64,000 bases of DNA from an uncultured bacterium (GCA_963705505.1 CAVPJU010000010.1:384001-448000), one strand, 5' to 3'. Shown: positions 19,552 through 29,999, numbered from the stretch's first letter. The notes: generated from the letters alone by a model not told the origin. Numbers and translations are program-made.

Positions 19552-19707
19552 CTATCTAGTAAAATATTTGCCAGCCCTGAGCATATCCCTACAGTATTGA
19601 AACGTCCTATTCCAACTCTCTCTGAGTGGGGGATGATTTCAGCCGCCGCGGGATTGGCCGGAGTTTTCTTCGCGGTGAGGAGAAGAAAGGCTGCCGTGAA
19701 CACATAG
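19552..19707 (+). pseudogene. orphan or degraded IPTL-CTERM sorting-signal fragment
   Basis: reads RPIPTLSEWGMISAAAGLAGVFFAVRRRKAAVNT*; in-frame TGA at 19549-19551 upstream. Confidence 0.7.
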
Positions 19708-19982
19708 AATGAGAAAAAAGCGAATAAAGCGAACTAACCACCATTACCTCGGTAAGGGGAAGCAAGCCTTTTCTCCGCGCTCTTATGGTGATATAATTAA
19801 TATACCTTTACTCATAGGTACTCTTGACTAAGCCCCTAACCATATTCCTCCCGAACGTTGGCCTGGGGCTTCCTATTAATGCAGCACCCTCTCTGGCTTT
19901 CAGGGAATTGACATAAGTTTAATTCCATGCAAATGTAATATTAAAGAGTTCATTTAATTCAGCTGTGCTAGGAGGGTTAATT

Positions 19983-20177
19983 ATGAGGAAAATTATCGCA
20001 ATTACAGCCGTTATCGTTTTATCTGGCGCAGATGCGTTTGCGGGCACCGTAGTTCCTCTACCAATATTAAACGTCCCCACCCTTAGCGAATGGGGGATAG
20101 TCGGCGCAGTAATGGTATTGGGGCTTGTCGGCGTTTTCTACCTCGTAAGACGTAAAAAGCACGGCTGCTGCAGCTGA
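19983..20177 (+). CDS. minimal IPTL-CTERM protein (signal peptide + ~10 aa + VPTLSEWG-TM-RRKK)
   Basis: GGAGG RBS; MRKIIAITAVIVLSGADAFA|GTVVPLPILNVPTLSEWGIVG...RRKKHGCCS. Confidence 0.8.
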   Translation: MRKIIAITAVIVLSGADAFAGTVVPLPILNVPTLSEWGIVGAVMVLGLVGVFYLVRRKKHGCCS

Positions 20178-20661
20178 AGCCTCGGATCACGTCCGCTATG
20201 GTCCGGACGGCTTCCCCTCAGTACAATTACTCTATTCATTGTTACGCTTGCGGATTAGGCGGACTGGCCCCTTATTTTAGAAATACCTGGTACGAATTAA
20301 CCCCCTCTTTCCTGCTTAGAATGGGGCCTTCGCCCTTAATATCCCTTCCCGGTTTATTGTATAACTGGGGGACAATATAGCCCGCCTCATACCCCACGGT
20401 CTTTCATAGCCAGAGGCCCCCGACCCCATTGTAAGTTCATGCCAAAAGATTCTACTGGCACTAATTAATATAATGTTCTAGAATATTAGTTAGAATAAAC
20501 ATGGAGGTTATGGTGGCTACAAAAAAAGCCTTCCTCAAGCACCTAGGTAATAGGAAATGGAGAAAAGTTAGTAATTCAATGATCACTATGCGAAAAAACT
20601 ACCTGATATATGCAGGGAACAGGAAATGGAAGAGAAAAGAAGGAGGAATTGAGAGAGCGGC

Positions 20662-20711
20662 TGACCTGCCCCCCTATAATAGGCCCTTGGAATAAGTTAG
20701 ATTGTTGATAA
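20662..20711 (+). repeat. IS3-family (IS407-like) terminal-repeat-like remnant, copy 2
   Basis: TGACCTGCCCCCCTATAATAGGCCC...; homologous to 16639-16687; ends 16 nt before the USP ATG. Confidence 0.5.
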
Positions 20712-20727
20712 GGGAACAACAATTATT

Positions 20728-21657
20728 ATGAGAGAAATAAAAAAGATAATATGGGCTAGTGATGGTTCAAAGGAATCCGAGGAAGCTCTAAACTATGCTG
20801 TATTTCTTGCCCAAATCTTCAACTCCGAAATAATAGGAATCTTTGTAATCGAATTGCATCCAAGACTACTATACGACTATGCCAGAGACCCTGATAGCGA
20901 ACTCTATAAATGGGTGGAAGAAGCAGCCGAATACCACAAGTCAAGACTTACTACGAAAGCTAAAAATTTGGGTATTCCATGGATTCCTTTCCGAGAAACA
21001 GTTTTAATTGGAGAACCGAGTGAGGAGATCGTTAAAGTTGCACGTCGGAAAAAGGCCGACCTCATAGTGATGGGGGTACGAGGACTAGGTCTTATTGACA
21101 GGATGCTTGTCGGAAGCACTGCTCTCAAAGTTTTAAGACAATCCCATATACCTGTTCTTACTGTTAAGAAAAGGGATAAAGAGAGTACAATAGACATACG
21201 TAATATCCTTGTTCCATTGGACATATATGAAAAAGAAGATTCCGCTCTAAATTATGCAATTGATTTAGCACAAAAGATAAAAGCAAATATATCGGTTGTG
21301 TATGGCTATAGGCTGTTTGCTTACGCCACGCTTGAAATCGGAAAACCCCCGGTTGGAATAAATGAATTAGGGGAGGATGCACTAAAGTTTTTTTCCACTG
21401 AACTTACAACGAGGGTCGATGAGGCATTAAGGATTAAGACCGACAAAAAAGAAACTGATAAATTGGAGATCAACACAGACTTAATTGAGGGAATAAACCC
21501 TTCAATGAGGATAGTTGAGTATGCGGCTAGTAAGAATATGGATCTAATAGTGATAAATACTCACGGAAGAAAGGGGATTAAGAAGTTTATGTTGGGAAGT
21601 ATAACAGAGAAAATAATTCAAGAATCTCCTTGTGCGGTACTAGCACTAAGACCATAA
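20728..21657 (+). CDS. universal stress protein with tandem USP domains
   Basis: KKIIWASDGS...ADLIVMGVRG...VGSTA and RNILVPLD...DLIVINTHGRKG...LGSITEK. Confidence 0.95.
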   Translation: MREIKKIIWASDGSKESEEALNYAVFLAQIFNSEIIGIFVIELHPRLLYDYARDPDSELYKWVEEAAEYHKSRLTTKAKNLGIPWIPFRETVLIGEPSEEIVKVARRKKADLIVMGVRGLGLIDRMLVGSTALKVLRQSHIPVLTVKKRDKESTIDIRNILVPLDIYEKEDSALNYAIDLAQKIKANISVVYGYRLFAYATLEIGKPPVGINELGEDALKFFSTELTTRVDEALRIKTDKKETDKLEINTDLIEGINPSMRIVEYAASKNMDLIVINTHGRKGIKKFMLGSITEKIIQESPCAVLALRP

Positions 21658-21699
21658 ATATGTGCTTTTTCAAGACATGCTAACAAATGCGATACTAAT

Positions 21700-21745
21700 A
21701 CTCGTAATGAGCAGGTCGGAGGTCCAAATCCTCTCGTCGGCTCCA
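21700..21745 (+). repeat. att direct repeat: 3' 46 bp of tRNA-Thr, one mismatch
   Basis: matches 13740-13785 except T>C at 21724. Confidence 0.93.
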
Positions 21746-21886
21746 TAAAACACACCCCCCTGCCCTTCATAATACCGTTCACAACCAGGCTCACTTGTTA
21801 AATAAACTTTAGTTAAGGTAGAATGAGATTAATCTCCGGTGAATATATAATATTCAAAATGCAGAATCTCATGACAGCTAAATAAT

Positions 21887-22924
21887 ATGCCAGCAAGTAT
21901 CAACGTCGGTCTCATAGGCTGCGGGCGTATCGCAAGGCTCGTGCATCTGAGCACCCTTAAAAATCTCCCGGGTGTAAGGCTTAAAGCCGTTGCGGATTCG
22001 GACCCGGAGTGTAGAGAAAACGCCCGGCGCGCCGCGCCTGAGGCGGCTTTGTACTCAGACTACAACGATCTCTTGAGAGACCCGGCCATAAACGCCGTAA
22101 TCATCTGCCTGCCGAACCACCTCCATGCCGAGTCGGCCGTTGCCGCCTTCGAGCACGGCAAACACGTGTATCTCGAGAAGCCAATAGCGGTGAGCAAAGG
22201 CGAAGCGGAAGAGGTTATCAGGGTGTGGAAAGAGAGTAACCTAACGGGAATGATGGGCTTCAATCTACGCTTCAACCCGATCTACGGGGCTCTGAAAGAC
22301 TATATAAGATCGGGTGTAATCGGGGATGTGACTGCAGTGCGGACCGTATTCTCATCCTCGGGGCGCGCTTTGCCCGAATGGAAAAAGCACCGCAAGACCG
22401 GCGGCGGGGCGCTTTTAGACCTCGCTTCCCACCATGTCGACCTCATACGGCACATTTTCGAAACAGACATTATTGAAATATCCGCCCGGGTCAGGTCGCA
22501 TAAAACAGAGGACGATAACGCCCTGCTCGAATTTAGAACTTCGGCTCATATCGATATCCAGTCCTATTTCTCCATAAATTCAGCGGACGAAGATAAAATC
22601 GAGGTCTACGGCACCCGGGGAAAGCTCGCTGCGGACAGGTACCGCTCGCTCAATGTCGAAGTCGAAACCACGGATTCCCCCCGCCCGGGCAGGCTCCGTC
22701 ATCTGAAAAGAGGTATTCATTCCTTACTACGAAGCCCCAACCTGCCGGATAAGATAATCGCTCCGGGCAGAGAGCCGTCATTTGAAATCGCGCTCGGTCA
22801 TTTTGTTTCATCCGTGAGAGAAAATCACGCGGCTAGTCCCGATCTTTTTGACGGATACAAATGTCTCTCGGTCCTCCTAGCCGCAGAAGAATCCGCGAGA
22901 GCGGGCCTTGTAATTTCATTATGA
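21887..22924 (+). CDS. Gfo/Idh/MocA family oxidoreductase
   Basis: GLIGCGRIA, HVYLEKP, GGGALLDLASHHVD. Confidence 0.93.
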   Translation: MPASINVGLIGCGRIARLVHLSTLKNLPGVRLKAVADSDPECRENARRAAPEAALYSDYNDLLRDPAINAVIICLPNHLHAESAVAAFEHGKHVYLEKPIAVSKGEAEEVIRVWKESNLTGMMGFNLRFNPIYGALKDYIRSGVIGDVTAVRTVFSSSGRALPEWKKHRKTGGGALLDLASHHVDLIRHIFETDIIEISARVRSHKTEDDNALLEFRTSAHIDIQSYFSINSADEDKIEVYGTRGKLAADRYRSLNVEVETTDSPRPGRLRHLKRGIHSLLRSPNLPDKIIAPGREPSFEIALGHFVSSVRENHAASPDLFDGYKCLSVLLAAEESARAGLVISL

Positions 22925-22996
22925 GGTTACGAAATTCAAGGCCCTGAGTTATCGACATATCCGATTAAAAATGATTAAATTATATCAGGGCATACC

Positions 22997-23980
22997 ATGA
23001 AAGAAGAGCGATCCCCTCTTATGTCGGTAATTATTACAACAGGTTCCGGTTATGAATCGGTCCGAACGACGATCGAATACCTGAGAAGGCAGACAGTAAA
23101 GGAAAGCCTCGAAGTTATAATCATATCTCCGGCTATGAAGTGGTCGGCCCCCATCGAAGCCGAATTCAAGGGCTTTTACAACACAATCCTGATTGAAGCC
23201 GATATCGACAATGAGCTATACGAAGCCTGGGTAACCGCTATACACCGGTCTAGCGCGCCGGTTGTGGTGTTCGGAGAAAACCATGCATTTCCCGAACCCT
23301 ACTGGGCAGAGGCATTAATAGAGGCACACAAAGGACCGTGGGCAGGTGTGGGCTGCGTTATCAAAAATGCCAACCCCGACGGTATTAAAAGCTGGGCCCA
23401 GCAGTACATGACATACGGACGATATACCGAACCTGTCGAGTCGGGGGAAATCGACGACCTTGCCGGACACAATACCTCTTACAAACGCTCGATCCTGCTC
23501 GATTACGGAAGCGATCTCAAGTATAAGCTGATCAGAACCAACATCATGCATATGGACCTCCGCTCGCGGGGTTATCGCCTTTATCTAGAGAGCAAAGCCC
23601 GAATCGATCATATCAACGTATCTAAAACCGTATCTATTCCGCTGGACTTGTTTTATAACGGTCAGTTATACACGGCTGCCCTAGCTCATTATAAAGGATG
23701 GTCGCCCTCGAAACGGTTTCTTTACGCACTCCTCGAACCTCTGATAATCTTCAAACATTTCCGTGGCACTTTACGGAACATCAGGCGCACCGGACGATGG
23801 GACAAACTCATGCCCGCCGCGCTGCCGATTATAGTGTTGGGGCTTACAGCTCATTTGTTGGGAAAATTACGGGGCTACGCAGCTGGTTTCGGAAATACAC
23901 AGCAGAAAATAAACAGCTTTGAGTTCGACAGATTTAAATACATCACGGAGCAGGACATCAAACGTGTATCGAATCTATAA
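22997..23980 (+). CDS. GT2-like glycosyltransferase (divergent)
   Basis: MSVII...LRRQT..LEVIII, VVFGENH at the DxD position, GHNTSYKR. Confidence 0.72.
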   Translation: MKEERSPLMSVIITTGSGYESVRTTIEYLRRQTVKESLEVIIISPAMKWSAPIEAEFKGFYNTILIEADIDNELYEAWVTAIHRSSAPVVVFGENHAFPEPYWAEALIEAHKGPWAGVGCVIKNANPDGIKSWAQQYMTYGRYTEPVESGEIDDLAGHNTSYKRSILLDYGSDLKYKLIRTNIMHMDLRSRGYRLYLESKARIDHINVSKTVSIPLDLFYNGQLYTAALAHYKGWSPSKRFLYALLEPLIIFKHFRGTLRNIRRTGRWDKLMPAALPIIVLGLTAHLLGKLRGYAAGFGNTQQKINSFEFDRFKYITEQDIKRVSNL

Positions 23981-24004
23981 AAAAGTGCTTCCCGAATCCC
24001 GGAT

Positions 24005-25198
24005 ATGAAAATCCTACTTGTTAATGATTACGGGATTCCTCAGGGCGGCGCCGAGATACAAATGTTAAGGCTGCGCCGGCTGCTGAGGGAGAAGGGACAC
24101 GATGCCAGATTATTCACGAGTGATGCACAAAACGGAGACCAGAAGAATGAAGCGGATTACAGATGCTTAGGGACCGTCTCGTCATTCCGCACATTGATTC
24201 AGACTTTGAATCCATGGGCATATTTCAGACTCAGGGAAGTAATAAGAGAATTCAGACCCGACATAGTCCATGTAAAAATATTTCTGACACAGCTCTCCCC
24301 GCTCATCCTGCCCCTTTTGAAAGACATACCCTCTCTTTATCACGTGGCCTGGTACCGCCCGGTCTGTCCCACCGGGACCAAATTGCTTCCGGACGGAAAC
24401 ATCTGCACGGTAAGGGCGGGTATCCCTTGCTACAGGAACGGGTGCCTGCCCATAAGGGACTGGCTGCCTCTCATGACTCAACTGAAACTATTAAGACACT
24501 GGCGGGGCGCTTTCGACATGATATTAGCCAACAGTGAATCGGTCAGGGATACATTATTACAAAATGGAATCGATGGGGTGGAAGTGCTTCACTACGGCAT
24601 TCCCGCAAAACCGGAAGGCGCTACATTATCCGGGACGCCGACCGTTGCATTCGCAGGGCGGCTCGTCAGGGAAAAAGGCGCCGATATATTGCTTCGCGCG
24701 TTCGCTAAAGTCACCGTGCAAATACCCTCAGCCAGGCTTCTAATCGCAGGAGAAGGACCGGAAAGGGATAATATAAACCTACTGATTTCCGATTTGAATA
24801 TATCCTCGAACGTTACCATTCTCGGTCATCTCCCCCCTTCGGAAATCGATAATACATTCAGCCGGGCATGGGTGCAGGCGGTGCCTTCGGTCTGGGCGGA
24901 GCCGTTCGGAATTGCGGCTGTTGAAGCGATGATGAGGGGCACGGCGGTAACGGCAAGCGACTTGGGTGGGCCAAAAGAAATTATCGAGAACGGAAAGAGC
25001 GGTTTTCTGGTGCCTCCGGGGGATGTCGATGCACTCGCCGAGAAAATCACCCTGCTGCTGAAAGATAAAGAACTATCCGAATCGCTTGGAAAAGCAGGAC
25101 GCGAAAGAGCGCAATCGGGGTTCGGAGAAGGGCTGTTCCTGAAGAAACTCCTGGATATGTATGACTCACTTTACAGAACTTATAATAAAAATAAGTGA
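24005..25198 (+). CDS. glycosyltransferase family 4
   Basis: GGAE, FAGRLVREKG, EPFGIAAVEAM. Confidence 0.95.
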   Translation: MKILLVNDYGIPQGGAEIQMLRLRRLLREKGHDARLFTSDAQNGDQKNEADYRCLGTVSSFRTLIQTLNPWAYFRLREVIREFRPDIVHVKIFLTQLSPLILPLLKDIPSLYHVAWYRPVCPTGTKLLPDGNICTVRAGIPCYRNGCLPIRDWLPLMTQLKLLRHWRGAFDMILANSESVRDTLLQNGIDGVEVLHYGIPAKPEGATLSGTPTVAFAGRLVREKGADILLRAFAKVTVQIPSARLLIAGEGPERDNINLLISDLNISSNVTILGHLPPSEIDNTFSRAWVQAVPSVWAEPFGIAAVEAMMRGTAVTASDLGGPKEIIENGKSGFLVPPGDVDALAEKITLLLKDKELSESLGKAGRERAQSGFGEGLFLKKLLDMYDSLYRTYNKNK

Positions 25199-25291
25199 GC
25201 TTTTTCAACTCAAGCGGAAATCGCTTTTTTCCGAGGCTATGATGAGCGGTTAAATAAATCATAGTGTTTAAAAAACAGGCCGGTTCCGCCT

Positions 25292-26767
25292 ATGACACTG
25301 CGCACCGTTTCAGAAGACAGACTCACGATATTTTCATTCCTCTGGGCCGCAGCTGTAATTTTTCATCTCGGCAAATGGAACATCTGGCTTTATTCCCCCG
25401 TATCTTTTGTCCTCGCTATTTCTGCCGTGCTCGTGATACTCAAACCCTCCTCGCTTAACAGGCTCTATATATTAATTTTTCTTCAGCTTATCGACTCTTT
25501 TGAAAAGATGCCGTGGATTGCCAACCACTGGCTCTTTGCGACATTTGTCGATCTTACAATTCTCATCTCGGCACTGACCCTGATTATTTCATCGAGGAAC
25601 CTCCACGTCGCCAAATCCAAACTTTTCGGCGCGTTCGCTCCGGCCGTCAGACTTGAACTGATATTACTCTACCTGCTCGCCTTTTTTCATAAGCTCAATA
25701 CGGACTGGCTCGATCCCCGGGTAAGCTGCGGAACAAAGTTATATTTGCTGATGACAGGCGATTTAGGCTTTCTTCAAACTCCGATCTTCTCGGAATACAC
25801 GGCAATATACGGCCCACTCATAGTGGAGCTTATGATACCCATCTTCCTCATCATACGGAGACTGCGCATAGCGGGCATAATTATTGCTCTCCTCTTTCAT
25901 TTCATCCTCGGGACAGATGAGTACTACAACTTTTCTGCGGTGACTTTCGCAGCACTCTTCCTGTTCACTCCCGCAAATTTTCCAGACCGCATGCGGGAGT
26001 GGTGGACTTCCTCCGCTATCGGCAGAACTTATAGAATTTTGATTGTGAAACTTTCCATAGAAAAGGTAAAAACACCGGTTCTCACAGCTATCGGAGTCAT
26101 AGCAGCGGCTATTTTTATCTACTCGCAATTTTCGGAACGCTACATCGGACAGCACATAGAGTTGAGAGAATCGGGCAGTATTGGTAAAACAAGGCTATAT
26201 TATCTCTTCCTCGGCCTCTGGTGGTTATACGGTCTTTCGATTATCGCCGTATTCCTCCTTTCGATCAGGAAAGGAAAATGCGTCTCGTGCGATAGAATCT
26301 CTTATTTCATTCCACGATACAAAATTTTAATGATAATACCGTTACTTGTCTTCATAAACGGCATTTCACCCTATCTGGGGCTCAAAACACAAACGTCCTG
26401 GTCTATGTTCAGCAACCTCCGTACCGAAGGCGGCATATCGAATCATTTGCTTATCAGGCATCCGTATTATCTCGCGAATTTTGAAAATGACCTGGTGGAA
26501 ATAAAGCATTCATCAGACCCCTTCCTGAATTCGTTCGTCGAGAAAGGGTATCTTATCCCGTATTTCGAGCTGCGATATTATATGAGCCTGAAAACAGGCC
26601 TGTCCGGATCCAATAGCGAGATTACGTATATTCGTAACGGCTCAGTTAAGTCGGTTATGAAGCCGGGGGATGACCCCGGACTTTTCGAACCGGGCAGTTT
26701 ACTGCTTAGGAAGCTATTATCATTCAGGCCCGTCCCCGCGGGCAAAAGCAGCACGTGCCAGCAGTGA
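25292..26767 (+). CDS. HTTM-like polytopic membrane protein
   Basis: multiple TM segments; ANH, FFHKLNTDW, FHFILG, SMFSNLRTE motifs. Confidence 0.65.
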   Translation: MTLRTVSEDRLTIFSFLWAAAVIFHLGKWNIWLYSPVSFVLAISAVLVILKPSSLNRLYILIFLQLIDSFEKMPWIANHWLFATFVDLTILISALTLIISSRNLHVAKSKLFGAFAPAVRLELILLYLLAFFHKLNTDWLDPRVSCGTKLYLLMTGDLGFLQTPIFSEYTAIYGPLIVELMIPIFLIIRRLRIAGIIIALLFHFILGTDEYYNFSAVTFAALFLFTPANFPDRMREWWTSSAIGRTYRILIVKLSIEKVKTPVLTAIGVIAAAIFIYSQFSERYIGQHIELRESGSIGKTRLYYLFLGLWWLYGLSIIAVFLLSIRKGKCVSCDRISYFIPRYKILMIIPLLVFINGISPYLGLKTQTSWSMFSNLRTEGGISNHLLIRHPYYLANFENDLVEIKHSSDPFLNSFVEKGYLIPYFELRYYMSLKTGLSGSNSEITYIRNGSVKSVMKPGDDPGLFEPGSLLLRKLLSFRPVPAGKSSTCQQ

Positions 26768-26842
26768 TGCAGTAAGCAAGAACGAACGGTCTATCCCTAA
26801 ATTGAAAGCGCATGAAAACCAATTATAATTGAGGTCAATCAA

Positions 26843-28366
26843 ATGGCGTCAGATATTAAAACCCCTCCTCTAACTATAATAGGTATCGATGCAGGCGACC
26901 CCGGATTCATAGAAGAGTGGGCCGGGCAAGGTCATCTGCCGATTATTTCCTCCATCATGAAAAACGGGTTCTGGGGAAAAACAGCGGGACCGGAGCTGGT
27001 CACCGAGCACGGAGTATGGATCTCGCTTTTGAGCGGCATCTCCCGGGGCGGGCACGGGTACTATTATTTCAGGCAGCTAAAGCCCGGATCATACGAGCTG
27101 GAATCGGTTACGGGACTCGACATAGACGCTCCGCCGTTCTGGTCATATCTGATCGGCACGAATAAGAAATCTCTTATTATCGACGCCGCCGACACACGTC
27201 TTTATAGGGGGCTGCCCGGAATCCAGGTTGCAAACTGGGCGACTCACCACAATTGGGACCCTTACCATTTTGCTACGGGCTCCGAGCCGCCTGAAATCAT
27301 CGGCGAAATAAGCAGGCTATTCGGGCCCAAGCTTTTAACCATAGAGAACCACGGCAGCACCTTTGAAGAAGATAAAGCGATATACAAAAAGTTATTGGAA
27401 AATGTCAGGAAAAAAGGCGAAATGTGCCGTTACCTCCTCAGGCGGGACAGATTCGACCTCTCCTTAATTATTTTTGCCGAGTCGCATGCGGCGAACCACC
27501 AATTCTGGAAATATCATCCGAAAAACCGAGGGAAAGGCGAAGGAGATTGCGAGCTCACATACGCCATAAGAGATATATACGAGGCCATCGATGCCGAAAT
27601 CGGACGTATAATGGAACTATTCGATAACCCTAATATTTGCATCGTGTCTTCAGTCGGCATGGAAGACGATTACCCGAATGCGGCCCTTGGTGAGGCGTTT
27701 TGCAGAGAACTCGGATATCAGGCCTCGCCCGGACCTGACGGAATATCGCTAAGGCCTATAGATATTGCGCGCAGACTGCTCCCGGAGTCCCTGCGTATTG
27801 CGCTCAGCAAGCGTATGCCGAGGGAAAAGAGAGAGCAACTGGTTTCCGACAGGTTCAGGAGCGGCACGGACTGGAGCCGGACGACCGCATTTTCAATGCC
27901 TGTCTCATATACAAGCTTCATACGCGTTAACCTCAGGGGACGGGAGCCCGAGGGCATTGTTGAACCCGGGGATGAATATCATGCCCTCATCGACAGGATC
28001 GGGGACGAACTAAAAAGGCTGATCGACCCCGTAACAGGAGAGCCGGCAGTGGTCTCCGTTAACAAAACGGTCGAGATCTTTAAGTGCGGCCCTCACAGAC
28101 ATCTCCCGGATATCTTCGTCGAATGGAAGCCAGGAAGCTTCATGGAGCGGGTACTGCACCCCGAAGCCGAGCTAACGCAAAAAAAACCCGAATTCTTCAG
28201 AAGGAGCGACCATTCGTCGTACGGTTTTTTCGCTCTTGCCGGGCCGTCCGTAAGAACCGGGGGGAAAATCGACAATATCGAAGTACTGGACATTGCCCCG
28301 ACTTTCCTGTCACTTTTGGGAGAACCCGTTCCCGGCTTAATGACCGGCCGCGAACTCATCCTCTAG
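26843..28366 (+). CDS. alkaline phosphatase superfamily (nucleotide pyrophosphatase/phosphodiesterase-like) protein
   Basis: IIGIDAG, WISLLSG...HG, IRVNLRGREPEGIV, DIAPTFL. Confidence 0.85.
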   Translation: MASDIKTPPLTIIGIDAGDPGFIEEWAGQGHLPIISSIMKNGFWGKTAGPELVTEHGVWISLLSGISRGGHGYYYFRQLKPGSYELESVTGLDIDAPPFWSYLIGTNKKSLIIDAADTRLYRGLPGIQVANWATHHNWDPYHFATGSEPPEIIGEISRLFGPKLLTIENHGSTFEEDKAIYKKLLENVRKKGEMCRYLLRRDRFDLSLIIFAESHAANHQFWKYHPKNRGKGEGDCELTYAIRDIYEAIDAEIGRIMELFDNPNICIVSSVGMEDDYPNAALGEAFCRELGYQASPGPDGISLRPIDIARRLLPESLRIALSKRMPREKREQLVSDRFRSGTDWSRTTAFSMPVSYTSFIRVNLRGREPEGIVEPGDEYHALIDRIGDELKRLIDPVTGEPAVVSVNKTVEIFKCGPHRHLPDIFVEWKPGSFMERVLHPEAELTQKKPEFFRRSDHSSYGFFALAGPSVRTGGKIDNIEVLDIAPTFLSLLGEPVPGLMTGRELIL

Positions 28367-28508
28367 CCGGATTATTATATTTACATACGGCCGGTTGCGT
28401 TAATCCGAAACAAGGTGTTAGTCTATGTTAGAAATGCGGGCATAAATCAGCAGGTACAGATGCGGACATCCATGTTCAGAGAAAGTTTCAAATGCCGTTC
28501 TTAAACCC

Positions 28509-29999
28509 TTGATGATTGACGAAAAAACGGAACCCAAACATTCTACAGGCGCACGTCACATGCTCGACGGGACGATCCGCGTGTTCCTCTCGGAATCGCT
28601 CCTGATACCGACGGGACTTATTACCACCATATTCCTCACGCGCATTCTGGGACCCGAGAGCTACGGAATTTACGGCCTGGCAGTAGGCATAGTGCTCTGG
28701 ATCGAATACAGCGTCTGCAATATGTTCGGCGGAACGAGCATAAAGTTCATAGGAGAAACAGACGACTGGGAGCCTATCGCGACGACTGTGCTCAAATTGT
28801 ATTTGATAGTCAGCGCTGCGGCAGTGATAGCGTTGTGGCTGGTATCCGGAGAAATAGCGAAACTACTGAATGCCCCGAAATTGGGGTCGTACCTCTCACT
28901 GCTGGCGATAGACATACCGATTTTTGTTCTTTCTACCGCGCACCGGCACATACTCGTAGGGTTAGGAAAATTCAGGGCGAGAGCCCTGACAAGCGCCGTG
29001 CGCTGGTTAAGCAGACTGGTTCTGATCGTGGTACTTGTCGAGATCGGGCTTTCGGTCGAAGGCGCCATACTGGGAATAATAGCCTCGTCGCTCCTCGAAT
29101 TGATAATAGTCCGCTCATACATCCGCCCTCCTATATTCAAGCATTCCGATTTTGATACACGGAAGCTGTGGGGCTTTGTAGCTCCTCTATTCTTATTTTC
29201 GATAAGCATGAGACTCTACGACAAGCTGGATTTGCTGCTTTTAAAAGGTCTGGGAGGCACGGCGGAGCAGGCGGGTATTTATGTCGCGGCACAGAATTTA
29301 TCTATCGTTCCGGGTCTTTTCGCACTTTCATTCTCTCCTCTGCTGCTGGCGACAATAAGCAGGACCATCAGTTCCGGCAATAAGGCGTCGGTCGCGCATC
29401 TGGTAGAGACGTCGTACCGGATTGTGATCTTGTTTTTACCCTTCGCCGCTATGACGGCGGGCTGTTCGAATGAAGTCGTCAAGCTTATACTAGGACCCGA
29501 ATATGAAGGATCGGCCCCGCTCCTGTCGCTTCTTATCTTCGGTTCAATAGCCACGATTTTCATATCGGTAAACTACGCAGTACTCACTGCAAGCGGTAAA
29601 CCGGGATTGCCGTTCTTGCTCGCGGGTCCGATCGTACCCTTATCCATTCTCGCTTATTTCTTCGTGATTCCGAAGTTCGGAATGATCGGGGCATCTTTCG
29701 TTTATACGTCTTTTGCGTGGCTCGGGGCTGTCGTAACTATCACCGCGGTTTATTATCTCTGGCAAACTTACCCCCCGGGAAAAACTATCTTATGGAGTGT
29801 CTTAATCTCGGTAGCTGCGTATATCGCCGCTCAGATGTGGAGCACCCCCGGGTTATTGGTTATCGTTAAAGTGTGCGTAATAACCTTAATTATTTTAGTC
29901 TGTTATTTCATAACAAACGCAGTTAAAATAAGCGAGATTCGGCTCCTCAGCTCGGGATTGATAAGCCGCGACGTTATAACAAAAAATACGGAAACGTGA
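28509..29999 (+). CDS. Wzx/MOP-type oligosaccharide flippase
   Basis: LTRILGPESYGIY, DKLDLLLLK, AGIYVAA, IPKFGMIGAS; many TM segments. Confidence 0.88.
   Translation: MMIDEKTEPKHSTGARHMLDGTIRVFLSESLLIPTGLITTIFLTRILGPESYGIYGLAVGIVLWIEYSVCNMFGGTSIKFIGETDDWEPIATTVLKLYLIVSAAAVIALWLVSGEIAKLLNAPKLGSYLSLLAIDIPIFVLSTAHRHILVGLGKFRARALTSAVRWLSRLVLIVVLVEIGLSVEGAILGIIASSLLELIIVRSYIRPPIFKHSDFDTRKLWGFVAPLFLFSISMRLYDKLDLLLLKGLGGTAEQAGIYVAAQNLSIVPGLFALSFSPLLLATISRTISSGNKASVAHLVETSYRIVILFLPFAAMTAGCSNEVVKLILGPEYEGSAPLLSLLIFGSIATIFISVNYAVLTASGKPGLPFLLAGPIVPLSILAYFFVIPKFGMIGASFVYTSFAWLGAVVTITAVYYLWQTYPPGKTILWSVLISVAAYIAAQMWSTPGLLVIVKVCVITLIILVCYFITNAVKISEIRLLSSGLISRDVITKNTET

Larger units (their letters stand above)
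17006..21745. mobile_element. genomic islet 2, tandem at the same att site; no integrase seen
   Basis: bounded by tRNA-Thr 3' repeats at 16956-17005 and 21700-21745; mosaic GC content. Confidence 0.72.

Noticed and set aside
20380..20440. Transposase C-terminal remnant (YN...LGYKT-like) on the minus strand
   Set aside because: Needs several frameshifts to read and lies on the wrong side of the nearby IS-like end.
20501..20695. 64-aa basic ORF with a repeated GNRKW motif
   Set aside because: No recognisable family, its end runs into the IS-end-like repeat, and coding status is unsupported.
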